From Bacteroidota bacterium (GTDB lineage: Bacteria > Bacteroidota > Bacteroidia > Bacteroidales > DYOH01), in contig JAIFMY010000042.1 in NCBI GenBank assembly GCA_020048155.1, forward strand, positions 1 to 48,178: DNA of 48,178 bases, read 5' to 3'. The position numbers and the translations under genes are program-made. Below the pieces are notes generated by a model. That model was given only the letters and a program-made list of their open reading frames with translations, was not told where the DNA came from and ran no database searches. Positions 37,105 to 46,616 of this stretch are shown here, one piece after another; the first letter of the stretch is position 1, and every line of letters starts with the position of its first letter.

Positions 37105-39531
37105 CTAAAATGAAATCTGAAGTCTTAGGTTGAACAATCTTCCAGTAAGCCTGTTGGGAATGGCAAATTGCATGGTATTGTATTCGATGCCCGAAGCAGT
37201 TTGGTTTGGCACTATACGAACCCATTGGTAGGATGCTGTATTGAGTATGTCGAGCAGATTGAGTACCTCAAACCACAGATATACACCCTGATTATGAGAT
37301 TTACGAATGATCTGCAATTTATTTTCGAGGAAACCAATGCGTGAGTTTATACCCAAATCTACCCGCCTGTATGGTATGGTTCTGAAAATGGGACCTGTTT
37401 CTATTTCATTGGGTGCGCTTATAGGGACACCTGTTCCGTAGGTCATATTTACAAAAAATCGCATTTTGTCCATACCGGGGAAATAATCCTGAAAATATAT
37501 ATTCACCAGGAAAAGTTGGTCATTGGGGCGAAAGCGCCATGTATCTTTTACACCGTGAACTTGCTCGCGTGAGCGCATGAGCGAAAATCCTAACCACGAT
37601 TCGGCATCTGGCACAAATTCGCCATTTACTTTTACATCTATACCTGCGGTATAACCGTTGGCTTGCCATTGGGGGAAGTAACTTATTTTTATATTATCGG
37701 CCTGGTATGGAATGATTTGCTTCAGCCATTTGTAGTAAAGTTCTGCCGTTGCTTTGAACGGGCGATTCCAGATATTGAAATTTATATCGGTTCCGGCCAT
37801 TATTTGCCATGAGTCTTGTATTGCAATATCGCTCAGGTTCATATTACCCGCATTTGTAAACTCTTTAAATTCTGGGAACTGCAAATAGTTTCCGCCACTT
37901 ATTCGGTAAAGTATATCTAACTCTTTGGCTGGTTGGTAAGAAATATTGAAACGCGGACTAAAATATGTTTTCCCGTTGAGCGTGAAATGGTTGAATCGGC
38001 CGCCGGCGTTTAAACTTACTTTTCCGTGCTGCGAATTGAGAAATCTGGTATACACGGTATACGCCGTAAGTATGGAATTCTGAATTGTGATGTTTCCATT
38101 GTACGCATGCCACAATTCAAAATCGGTGGTAGTATATGGTAAACTATATCCGGTAGAGTCCAGAAGTGTCCATTGAGCTAGCTGGCTCTCAAATTGTTGA
38201 TTCACAATACCCAGCCCAGCCTGAAGTCTGCTGTTGTACGAAAGAAACTCATAAGTCAGGTTCGATTGTATTCTGCTGGAAAGAAGATAATTGCGCGCAT
38301 GTTCGAGCGTACTTCCTATGCCAATATTGAGCAAACTATCGCCATATTCGGGAGAGTCGAGCTGCTTGTTCAACTCATTGAGCCAATACTGCGCCAAAAT
38401 GTCGAATGTTTCGCTTTCATTGGCTCGGTAATACGAAGTACCGAGGCTAAAAGTTGAATTTTCTACAGGTTTGTACGTATATATGAGTGCCGAAAGGGTA
38501 GTTGTGTATAAATCATCTTCTTTACCATCGAAATACGTCGATATTTTGAGCGGTTGGCTTGCTGTTCCAAATTCGGTTTGTCGGTTGGTAGGTATGAAAA
38601 CATATCTGTTGCGTGCTGCGTAGGTGAAAAAATCGAAATTGCTTTTGCTGGAAAGTTGGTGGTGATAAAATATTTGTGCATCCATGAAGTTTGGCTGGTA
38701 TTCGCCATTCGTTTCCAAAGAACCGAGCAAGTATTTGCTTTGCTTGTATCGCAAACCAGCAAGTAAGTAGTTGTTTTTACCAACGGGGCTCATAGCTGAT
38801 ACACCTGCCCCAAGCAGTCCACCATATGCATTTCCAGCAAATTCGCTCGGCTTTTTGTACTCAATACTCAGTACCGACGAGATTTTATCGCCATAGGAAG
38901 CATCGAAACCACCTGCTGAAAAACTTACCAACCCGGTGAGGTCGGGGTTTATAATGCTCAAGCCTTCCTGCTGGCCGGAGCGAATAAGAATAGATTTTGG
39001 AATTTCAATGCCATGAATATACACTAGATTCTCATCGTAATTTCCGCCACGCACCGAGTACTGGCTGCTCAGCTCGCCGGCAGAACTTACACCGGGCAAA
39101 GTTTTTATCAATCCTTCTATTCCCCCTGAAATGGCGCCCGGCAGTGTAGATGCAATTTTGGGCGAAAGATTCACAACTGGCAAGTGTCTGTCCTTTTCAT
39201 ATCTTACTCGTATTTCATTCAATTCTTTATCAGACACATACATAGTTATGCGCACAAAAGAAGTATCATTAGCATCAAATTTTTTTTGTACAGATGAGTA
39301 CCCCAATAGAGTAAAATATATGCTAGCTTGGGTGGTGTCAGGCAGAACCAATTCGAAGCGACCGTACACATCGGAAGATGTGAAGTAAGAACTAGCAGGA
39401 ATACCGATTTTAACATACTCGAGCGGCGCCCCCATGGGATCGATTACCGTGCCATGTATACGGTAATTTTGAGCCTGTATGTGTAAAGAAATGGCTGACA
39501 ATATTGCCAGCCACAACAAACGAATCTTCAT
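37105..39531 (-). CDS. TonB-dependent receptor with N-terminal carboxypeptidase-regulatory-like domain
   Basis: Signal peptide; plug LPGVS..YSVRGG..ENL; GGFDASYGDKISSVL; EVLNL; terminal Phe. Confidence 0.9.
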   Translation of the reverse strand: MKIRLLWLAILSAISLHIQAQNYRIHGTVIDPMGAPLEYVKIGIPASSYFTSSDVYGRFELVLPDTTQASIYFTLLGYSSVQKKFDANDTSFVRITMYVSDKELNEIRVRYEKDRHLPVVNLSPKIASTLPGAISGGIEGLIKTLPGVSSAGELSSQYSVRGGNYDENLVYIHGIEIPKSILIRSGQQEGLSIINPDLTGLVSFSAGGFDASYGDKISSVLSIEYKKPSEFAGNAYGGLLGAGVSAMSPVGKNNYLLAGLRYKQSKYLLGSLETNGEYQPNFMDAQIFYHHQLSSKSNFDFFTYAARNRYVFIPTNRQTEFGTASQPLKISTYFDGKEDDLYTTTLSALIYTYKPVENSTFSLGTSYYRANESETFDILAQYWLNELNKQLDSPEYGDSLLNIGIGSTLEHARNYLLSSRIQSNLTYEFLSYNSRLQAGLGIVNQQFESQLAQWTLLDSTGYSLPYTTTDFELWHAYNGNITIQNSILTAYTVYTRFLNSQHGKVSLNAGGRFNHFTLNGKTYFSPRFNISYQPAKELDILYRISGGNYLQFPEFKEFTNAGNMNLSDIAIQDSWQIMAGTDINFNIWNRPFKATAELYYKWLKQIIPYQADNIKISYFPQWQANGYTAGIDVKVNGEFVPDAESWLGFSLMRSREQVHGVKDTWRFRPNDQLFLVNIYFQDYFPGMDKMRFFVNMTYGTGVPISAPNEIETGPIFRTIPYRRVDLGINSRIGFLENKLQIIRKSHNQGVYLWFEVLNLLDILNTASYQWVRIVPNQTASGIEYNTMQFAIPNRLTGRLFNLRLQISF

Positions 39532-39540
39532 TCAGAATAG

Positions 39541-40647
39541 TTATTTAGCAAATATTTCGGCCAATTTGGCTTCAAGCTTTTCTCCACGCAGATTTTTTGC
39601 AATAATTACCCCATTCGGGTCAATGAGCACGGTGAAAGGAATACCTTGAATACCGTATAATGCAACTGCATCACTTTCCCAGTATTTCAAATCGCTCACA
39701 TGGGGCCATGCGCCTAGTTGGTCGGCTTGAATGGCCTGCAACCAGTCTTCCTTTTCTTTGTCGAGCGAAACTGAAAAAAGAGTAAACCCCTTGTCTTTAT
39801 ATGTATTGTACATTCTTACCATATTGGGACTTTCCATGCGGCAAGGGCGGCACCATGCAGCCCAAAAATCTATCAATACATATTTACCTCTGGTACTTGA
39901 AAGAAGCAGAATATTTCCGCTGGTATCCGGGAAAGCTATTTCTGGGGCTACCGCACCTACTGCAAGTTTGCCAGCCAAGGAAACCTGGTTTGCAAATTCT
40001 GTAACATACTGGTTAGTCGGGTAGTTTTTGCGCAAGTCCTCAGAAACTTTTTTGAACAAGGTATAGTTTTCATCCATATCTAGTTTGTCTACAAAAAACA
40101 TAACTGTAAGTTTGCCGGCATTGTTTTGTATGAGGTTTTTTAGAAAGTCTATCTTTTTCTCTTCCAGAGCAGTATATTCTTCAAGCAATTTTTGAGTGGT
40201 CGCTTCGTCTTCACTATAATAACTTTCAGAGTATACGGCATCCAGGCTATCTTGCTTCGATTCGTAAAAGTTGAGTGTGCGCAACGAAGCGTAAAACAAT
40301 TCTGTTTGCTCTGAACCTGTAATTTTGGGCTCAAAGAATTTGTCGATATTGATTTCAATGGTTATATTCTGATTCGGGTCAAGAATAAGAATAAGATAGT
40401 TAGATTCGTCGAGTTGCAATTTATAAAAGTCACTTTCAAGCACATTGGCTTTAATGTTAAACTCATTCTTTTTGTTCAGCTCTGAGGTACCAATTACTTT
40501 GTTGGCTATCATGTCTACCAACTCTATTTTGGTGAAAGCTGTGTTGTTAAGCAATTTACCTTTAATTTGATTTACAGCGCTCACCTGATTTGTAAAGAAA
40601 ACCAAGATAACGAGCGGCAATGCTATTTTTATAAAAAATTTTAACAT
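39541..40647 (-). CDS. TlpA/AhpC-TSA family thiol-disulfide oxidoreductase
   Basis: GKYVLIDFWAAWCRPCR, SVSLD, GIPFT, KNLRG; signal peptide. Confidence 0.92.
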   Translation of the reverse strand: MLKFFIKIALPLVILVFFTNQVSAVNQIKGKLLNNTAFTKIELVDMIANKVIGTSELNKKNEFNIKANVLESDFYKLQLDESNYLILILDPNQNITIEINIDKFFEPKITGSEQTELFYASLRTLNFYESKQDSLDAVYSESYYSEDEATTQKLLEEYTALEEKKIDFLKNLIQNNAGKLTVMFFVDKLDMDENYTLFKKVSEDLRKNYPTNQYVTEFANQVSLAGKLAVGAVAPEIAFPDTSGNILLLSSTRGKYVLIDFWAAWCRPCRMESPNMVRMYNTYKDKGFTLFSVSLDKEKEDWLQAIQADQLGAWPHVSDLKYWESDAVALYGIQGIPFTVLIDPNGVIIAKNLRGEKLEAKLAEIFAK

Positions 40648-40978
40648 GAGAAAAAGTTTAAAATGTATGATTTATGGATAAAAAATTCAAGTAATTTCGC
40701 ACATTATAAGTCTTATTCAGTGTAAAATAGATCTTGTAATGTGGTCATAAAAGTAAATAAAATATGTGTTGACAAAATATAAAAACGCTTAAACTTCAAA
40801 ATTTGTATCTCACATTTTAACCCAAACCAATAGAGTAAGTTAAAAAAAGTGATTTATATGAAATCATGTGTTAAAAAAGTACTCAAATTCAAATCCATAC
40901 CCATTTACACAAAATTAGATTTGAAATTATGGGTAAATGAAATTATTTTTGCATGGCTTTCAAAAAACAAATTCATCT

Positions 40979-41785
40979 ATGATACGAGTTTTAGTAGTTG
41001 TACTATTTGCTGCCATTCTGAGTTGCAACAATCAGCCAGCAGGAAACACCGGTAATGAGTTTGAAAAGGATTCGATGCAATCTGAAACCTCTTCACCAGT
41101 TTTTCTCATCCCATCGCCTGCCGAAACATTTCAACTTCTGATGAATGAAAAAATGCAAATGAAACCCATTGCAGGCAATAGTCCCGATAATGTAAACAAG
41201 TATCAGACAGTTTTTTCTAGGGCTGCGAATCTGGGAATATACTCAACAGATGCCACATATGCAGTGCTATCCGGACAAAACAACCAAATAGGAGGTTACT
41301 TCAAGACCATCAAAATATTGCTCGAACAACTAAACCTAACACATTCGCTCGACCAGACTACCCTAGATAAACTGGAGCAAAATATGAATGCAACAGATTC
41401 ATTGTATGCCATGTCATTGGTGTTGTATGAAAAAATGAATACAGAGCTCGATAACGAAACTGGCCGACCTTTGCAAATAATGCTTATGTACGGCGGATGG
41501 ATAGAAGGTATGTACCTGACTACTCAATTGATAGAAAAATACGACTCAAAAAATCCATTGGCACTGCGTGTGTCAGAGCAAGATTTGGTATTAGACAATT
41601 TACTGGGTGCCATAGAAACTGTGCCGCAAGATGCAGAAACGGAGCTGATCGCTGCAAACATTGTGGAACTAAACAGCATATTGCAAACCCGATATGAGCA
41701 AGCCAATGCAATGCTCACCCCCGACAAATACGCAGAGTTTAAAACGAAAGTGAAAGAATTACGCAATAATATAGTGAATAATTGA
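40979..41785 (+). CDS. Hypothetical all-helical lipoprotein
   Basis: Lipobox ILS-C after M at 40979; TATTTTTG -7 element at 40944-40951 supports this start; IPSPAE, NLGIYSTD, GGWIEG motifs. Confidence 0.75.
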   Translation: MIRVLVVVLFAAILSCNNQPAGNTGNEFEKDSMQSETSSPVFLIPSPAETFQLLMNEKMQMKPIAGNSPDNVNKYQTVFSRAANLGIYSTDATYAVLSGQNNQIGGYFKTIKILLEQLNLTHSLDQTTLDKLEQNMNATDSLYAMSLVLYEKMNTELDNETGRPLQIMLMYGGWIEGMYLTTQLIEKYDSKNPLALRVSEQDLVLDNLLGAIETVPQDAETELIAANIVELNSILQTRYEQANAMLTPDKYAEFKTKVKELRNNIVNN

Positions 41786-41787
41786 AT

Positions 41788-42288
41788 ATGAATGTTCAGC
41801 GATTGATTTTCGTTTTAGGTTTAATTTATTTTTCAGTACAATCGGTTTCCGCACAAAACAAGTGCGCAGCTCAAAGCTTATGCACAGCTGATTTTCTCGA
41901 TGGCTACGATTTTAAAAGCCAATCACGGTACCTTGCGATGAAGCCAGGCGACTCTTCTGTAACCAATATAGTACTGTATGCAAACCAGAACTACCGTGTA
42001 CTGGTGTGCAATGAAGATAGCGAAAATCCTGCACTTTTTAAGATACAAGCCAAAACAAAGCGCCCCGAGAGGCAAGTAAAACTCATAAGCGGCAACGATA
42101 CCATTTGGGAAGTTAAGTACTACATAGAAACCAATGAAGTATTTCATTCAGCCGGCAATTCTATTGACGTGTACGATATTTCCCCACGCAAAACAGCACA
42201 ATACACAGTAATAGTTTATCGTCCGCGTACTAAAAAACAAGTAGCAGACTGTGTAAATATATTAGTAGGAAGAGAATTAAGTAACTAA
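41788..42288 (+). CDS. Hypothetical secreted protein
   Basis: Signal peptide (..VSA-Q), four Cys, beta-rich; starts right after the lipoprotein stop. Confidence 0.7.
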   Translation: MNVQRLIFVLGLIYFSVQSVSAQNKCAAQSLCTADFLDGYDFKSQSRYLAMKPGDSSVTNIVLYANQNYRVLVCNEDSENPALFKIQAKTKRPERQVKLISGNDTIWEVKYYIETNEVFHSAGNSIDVYDISPRKTAQYTVIVYRPRTKKQVADCVNILVGRELSN

Positions 42289-42302
42289 ACGATTCAGATA
42301 AA

Positions 42303-42647
42303 ATGGAAGAACAAAAAAACGAACAGAACTCAAACAAAGATCTTTATGCAATGCAAGAGATCATGCTGAAGCAGCAATCCTTGTTACTTCAGCAATTTGA
42401 AACCATGTCCAAAATGCAAGAGAAAGCAGAAGAAAAAAAGGATGAAATTGACCTAAGAAGATTGGTACCCGGATTTTTGCGAAGAAAAAAGAAAATATCA
42501 GACAATCAGGGTAATGAAAACTTAGAAGGAGCGTTTTTAACTTTACCAAAAATATTGCAAAGGGTACGAAAACTGGATTTTTCACAGTTATTCGCCAAAC
42601 TTTCAATTATCTGGGTAATAAATATATTGAGAGTATTGGTAAAATGA
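42303..42647 (+). CDS. Hypothetical protein; probable N-terminal fragment of a Wzz-like protein
   Basis: Contains DEIDLRRL, typical of Wzz N-termini; overlaps the next ORF at ATGA. Confidence 0.55.
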   Translation: MEEQKNEQNSNKDLYAMQEIMLKQQSLLLQQFETMSKMQEKAEEKKDEIDLRRLVPGFLRRKKKISDNQGNENLEGAFLTLPKILQRVRKLDFSQLFAKLSIIWVINILRVLVK

Positions 42648-43519
42648 AAACTCTCATTTGGGTTTTTGTAATTTTAGGATTTGGGTATGGGATTTATAAG
42701 TTCATGACTGATGATAAATTATATAGAAGCTCTATGTTAATTGACTCAGGAGCCATTGAAATGACTTTTTACGAAGCTTTGATAAATAGTTTAAATAAGC
42801 TTGCAGGTTCACAGAGTTATAATGAACTCGCCAGAAAACTGAATATTACCCCTTTGCAAGCAGAACAAGTAGTAAAACTGGAATGGAAAGAATTTGATTA
42901 TTATCTGGATGTTATAAAAGAAGAAACAGACAGTACAGATGCTGAAATGAAAACCATTTTCTTCACCATTAGTGCTACGGTAAAAGATAACAGCATACTA
43001 CCTGTAATTCAGGACAGGCTTTTTGTATACATGTCGCAAAATATTTTTGCGGCTAACTCTAAGGAAATTAAAAAAGCAGTTCTTTCTGAGTCAATCATTA
43101 AATTAGAAAGCGAGCTCAATGTATTAGATTCGTTGAAGATGGCAGTTGTAGATCGAATAGGAGCTAAGAATAATGATCAGTATTTTGTTAAAGAAGCGAA
43201 TCTAGGTACTCCCGGAGGTATAATATTAAGTCAAAATCAGGAGCTTGAAGTAGAACCTCTTTTACCTTTTGAAAGAAGTCTGCAATTGCAGCGTGAACAA
43301 ATAAGAATGAAATCGGATGTATTGAAATTGGAAAGTGATTTCAAACTTATCGACGATTTTGCAGCCATCAACAATCCTGTTTATCCCGGTTACAAGACCA
43401 TTCTCTACTGGGCTATCGTAGGTACTATATTGGGCTCCGGTTTGGGTTTCTTAATCTTTCTATTAGCACCTGCCAAAACTAAAATGACAGAAACAGAAAT
43501 ATCAAATTCTGCAGTTTAA
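42644..43519 (+). CDS. Wzz/polysaccharide co-polymerase-like membrane protein
   Basis: TM at each end, periplasmic coiled coil, NPVYP motif before a Gly-rich second TM. Confidence 0.6.
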   Translation: MKTLIWVFVILGFGYGIYKFMTDDKLYRSSMLIDSGAIEMTFYEALINSLNKLAGSQSYNELARKLNITPLQAEQVVKLEWKEFDYYLDVIKEETDSTDAEMKTIFFTISATVKDNSILPVIQDRLFVYMSQNIFAANSKEIKKAVLSESIIKLESELNVLDSLKMAVVDRIGAKNNDQYFVKEANLGTPGGIILSQNQELEVEPLLPFERSLQLQREQIRMKSDVLKLESDFKLIDDFAAINNPVYPGYKTILYWAIVGTILGSGLGFLIFLLAPAKTKMTETEISNSAV

Positions 43520-43561
43520 TTAATGTTAGATTAAGAATTTAGGACTTTTATATAAATCTGT

Positions 43562-43597
43562 AAACCTTGATATGTTCAGCATATCAAGGTTTTTTTT
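43562..43597 (+). terminator. Rho-independent terminator
   Basis: AAACCTTGATATG-TTCAG-CATATCAAGGTTT plus T-run. Confidence 0.88.
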
Positions 43598-43630
43598 ATC
43601 TCCTTTGTGTGCCAAATGTATTCTTTTTAT

Positions 43631-43638
43631 TAGCTTTG
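43631..43638 (+). promoter_or_regulatory. Sigma-A -7 element (TAGCTTTG)
   Basis: TAnnTTTG before ATG 43656, with TTTG about 25 nt upstream. Confidence 0.6.
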
Positions 43639-43655
43639 ATAGAAAATTTTGAACT

Positions 43656-44459
43656 ATGCGCATACAAGAATCTGAACTAATTATAAATCCAGATGGCAGT
43701 GTATATCATCTGCAACTCAAGCCCGGTGAGGTGGCTTCTAAAGTCATATTAGTAGGCGATCAGGGTAGAGTGGATACTGTAGCCGGTTTTTTTAGTTCCA
43801 CAGAGTTTGTCCGTCAGAATCGAGAATTCAGAACCATTACCGGAACCTACAAAGGCGAAAGAATTACTGTTTTATCAACCGGAATAGGTACCGACAATAT
43901 TGATATAGTATTGAATGAATTAGATGCGCTCGCAAACATTGACTTGCAAACCCGCACACCGAAAGAGAAAACTACTTCTTACACTTTTGTCAGAATTGGT
44001 ACTTCAGGTTCACTGCAAGAAGATATACCTGTAGATATGCCGGTTATAAGCGAAATTGCATGTGGATTTGATGGCTTACTCAATTTTTACGATGGTTATG
44101 CCCGTATTTGCGACATTGACCATAGCCATTTGGTAGCTGCATTTGAAAAACTGGGTGTAAAAGGCATAACCATATCCGCCCCCGGGTTTTACGGCCCGCA
44201 GGGAAGGGTACTGAGATTGGATATTGTAGATCCGTATATCAATGAAAAACTACAGACATTTGCTTGGAACAACAAACGCATTACCAATTACGAAATGGAA
44301 AGTAGTGCTATTTACGGTCTTTCTGCATTGCTTGGCCATAAGGCTGTAACCATATGCAACATAGTAGCCAACAGGTATAAAAAGCAATATAGCCAAAACC
44401 ATCACCAAGCCATGCTCAATACCATTAGCAATGTTTTAGAAATCCTTATCAAGCTCTGA
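43656..44459 (+). CDS. Nucleoside (uridine/purine) phosphorylase, PNP_UDP_1 family; possibly with an internal in-frame deletion
   Basis: GSVYHL, VGDQGRV, STGIGTDN, RIGTSG, GFYGPQGR, NYEMES. Confidence 0.9.
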   Translation: MRIQESELIINPDGSVYHLQLKPGEVASKVILVGDQGRVDTVAGFFSSTEFVRQNREFRTITGTYKGERITVLSTGIGTDNIDIVLNELDALANIDLQTRTPKEKTTSYTFVRIGTSGSLQEDIPVDMPVISEIACGFDGLLNFYDGYARICDIDHSHLVAAFEKLGVKGITISAPGFYGPQGRVLRLDIVDPYINEKLQTFAWNNKRITNYEMESSAIYGLSALLGHKAVTICNIVANRYKKQYSQNHHQAMLNTISNVLEILIKL

Positions 44460-44460
44460 T

Positions 44461-45333
44461 ATGTCTGATATTTCGCAGAATAAAATACAAGTGCTTATAA
44501 AACTTTTGGATGATCCAGATATACTGGTATACAACGAAGTTGAAAAAAAAATTCTGGAGATGGGCTCATCTGTGATTCCAACACTTGAAAAAGCATGGGA
44601 ATCATCGGACAACAGTCTCCTGCATTCGCGCATAGAGAATATAATCCAACAAATTCAGTTTACCGAAGTATACACCGGATTTTCAGCTTGGCGTCAATCA
44701 TTGGAACTCAATATTGTGGAAGGTGCATTTTGGGTCGCCAAGTTTATATATCCTTACCTTGAGATGGACCGAATAAATACCAAACTGAGTAGCATCATTT
44801 TGGATTTGAGAAACGAATTGAACCCTTCTATCACGCCACTTGGTAAAATTAAGGTTGTAAATCACATTTTGTACGATATCCATAAATTTTCTAGAAATGT
44901 GTCAAATCAAAGCTCCCCTCAAAACTCATGTATTAATGAAGTTCTCGAAATTGGAAGAGGCAATTCAGTGACATTAGCCATTATTTACCTTACAATGGGC
45001 TGGGCTGTAGGCTTACCGCTTGTTGGGGTTAATCTGCCCATCAATTTTATTATCGGATATCTGAAACCCGGTGCTGAAAGCCTGACAAGAAGTAAAATAA
45101 AAGCTTCGGACATTGAGTTTTATGTTAATCCTACCAACTATGGCGCGGTACTTAGAACCGCTGAAATAGACCAGTTCCTCAAACAGCAACAAATAGAAAA
45201 ACGAAATGAGTATTATCTGCCTTGTAACAACATTACTATAATAAAACGTCTGATTTCTACCCTCATTCTATTTTACGAGCAAGGCCCATATGACAAGCTA
45301 AACAAACTCAATAAACTTATGGATTTACTATAA
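44461..45333 (+). CDS. Transglutaminase-like (SirB1/Transglut_core2) domain protein
   Basis: LIKLLDDPD, INEVLE..GNSVTLAIIY, GVNLPINF, FYVNP. Confidence 0.8.
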   Translation: MSDISQNKIQVLIKLLDDPDILVYNEVEKKILEMGSSVIPTLEKAWESSDNSLLHSRIENIIQQIQFTEVYTGFSAWRQSLELNIVEGAFWVAKFIYPYLEMDRINTKLSSIILDLRNELNPSITPLGKIKVVNHILYDIHKFSRNVSNQSSPQNSCINEVLEIGRGNSVTLAIIYLTMGWAVGLPLVGVNLPINFIIGYLKPGAESLTRSKIKASDIEFYVNPTNYGAVLRTAEIDQFLKQQQIEKRNEYYLPCNNITIIKRLISTLILFYEQGPYDKLNKLNKLMDLL

Positions 45334-45334
45334 A

Positions 45335-45359
45335 AAAAACCTCCGATTTGGAGGTTTTT
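45335..45359. terminator. Bidirectional terminator
   Basis: AAAAACCTCC-GATTT-GGAGGTTTTT between a + strand CDS and - strand tRNAs. Confidence 0.85.
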
Positions 45360-45363
45360 CAGG

Positions 45364-45436
45364 TGATCCGCCTGGGATTCGAACCCAGGACCCCATCCTT
45401 AAAAGGGATGTGCTCTACCGGCTGAGCTAGCGAATC
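45364..45436 (-). tRNA. tRNA-Lys(UUU), copy 2
   Basis: GATTCGCTAGCTCAGCCGGTAGAGCACATCCCTTTTAAGGATGGGGTCCTGGGTTCGAATCCCAGGCGGATCA; cloverleaf, anticodon TTT, no encoded CCA. Confidence 0.96.
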
Positions 45437-45470
45437 TAATACTCAAAATTTGAATATCGATATTTTTCAG

Positions 45471-45543
45471 TGATCCGCCTGGGATTCGAACCCAGGACCC
45501 CATCCTTAAAAGGGATGTGCTCTACCGGCTGAGCTAGCGAATC
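45471..45543 (-). tRNA. tRNA-Lys(UUU), copy 1
   Basis: Identical 73-nt sequence, separated from copy 2 by a 34-nt spacer. Confidence 0.96.
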
Positions 45544-45566
45544 AGTTGCTTAACTGAAAAGCGTTG

Positions 45567-45574
45567 CAAATATA
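45567..45574 (-). promoter_or_regulatory. Sigma-A -7 element (TATATTTG) for the tRNA pair
   Basis: Perfect TAnnTTTG about 25 nt upstream of the first tRNA, with TTG about 20 nt further upstream. Confidence 0.75.
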
Positions 45575-45661
45575 CGTTGTTTACTGAATATTGCAATACA
45601 AATTCATATTTTTTTAAAATATTTAAGTAAATAATTCTAAATATCATAAAAACAGATATTT

Positions 45662-46612
45662 ATGTTACAGAATGTACCTTTAAAAGACGATATTACAGAG
45701 TCCTACAATAGAATAGTTAGATATATTCATCGAACACCTATCTTTACTTCTGAAACCATAGACTACATATCGGGAGCTTCTATGCATTTCAAGGCCGAAA
45801 ACTTGCAAAAAGTAGGTGCTTTTAAGTACAGAGGCGCCACCAATGCCATTCTTTCTTTACCCAAAGAAAAACTTGTACACGGCGTTTGCACACATTCGTC
45901 GGGTAATCATGCACAGGCGCTTGCTTTGGCAGCCAAAAATATGGGGGTGAAGTCCTATATTGTCATGCCGTCTAATTCGCCACAGGTTAAGAAAAATGCT
46001 GTAGCCGGATATGGTGGGATAATTATTGAATGCGAACCAACACTGGCAGCGCGCGAATCTACACTCGCAGATGTTGTGAAGGAGCACCAAGCAGCTTTTA
46101 TTCACCCATATGATAATTATGATGTGATTGCAGGGCAAGGGAGTTGTGCATTTGAAATTATCCAAGAACTTGGCCATCCAGATTATATTGTCGTACCCGT
46201 GGGTGGAGGCGGATTGCTGTCTGGTACACTTCTGGCAGCACATTATTTTTCGCCCCAAACCAAGATTATTGCCGCAGAACCTGAAGGTGCTTCAGATGCA
46301 TGGAAAACTTTTGCAACTGGTGTTTTTCATCCTTCAGTAAATCCAACTACTATAGCAGATGGCCTACTTACGTCATTGGGCGAATATACCTGGCCTATTA
46401 TCCGGCAATACGTATCAGATATTATTACCGTTTCGGATGAAGATATAATTGCGGCCATGCGTTTGGTGTGGGAAAGAATGAAACTAGTAATAGAGCCCAG
46501 TGCAGCTGTATCGCTTGCAGCGGTTCTACACAAAAAACAGATTTTTGCAAATAAACGTGTAGTTGCTATATTTACGGGTGGAAACGTAGATTTAAGCCGT
46601 TTACCTTTTTAA
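45662..46612 (+). CDS. Serine racemase / serine-threonine dehydratase family PLP enzyme (fold type II)
   Basis: KAENLQKVGAFKYRGA, THSSGNHAQA, PVGGGGL, TIADGL, EPS, TGGNVD; no ACT domain. Confidence 0.9.
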   Translation: MLQNVPLKDDITESYNRIVRYIHRTPIFTSETIDYISGASMHFKAENLQKVGAFKYRGATNAILSLPKEKLVHGVCTHSSGNHAQALALAAKNMGVKSYIVMPSNSPQVKKNAVAGYGGIIIECEPTLAARESTLADVVKEHQAAFIHPYDNYDVIAGQGSCAFEIIQELGHPDYIVVPVGGGGLLSGTLLAAHYFSPQTKIIAAEPEGASDAWKTFATGVFHPSVNPTTIADGLLTSLGEYTWPIIRQYVSDIITVSDEDIIAAMRLVWERMKLVIEPSAAVSLAAVLHKKQIFANKRVVAIFTGGNVDLSRLPF

Positions 46613-46616
46613 TGAT

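Noticed and set aside
40648-40978. Small ORF 40849-41055 or ncRNA in the divergent gap
   Set aside because: AT-rich promoter DNA with no stable structure; the ORF overlaps the promoter and start of the lipoprotein gene.
45364-45543. tRNA duplication as attL/attR of an integrated element
   Set aside because: Both copies are complete, only 34 nt apart, and have no cargo or integrase.
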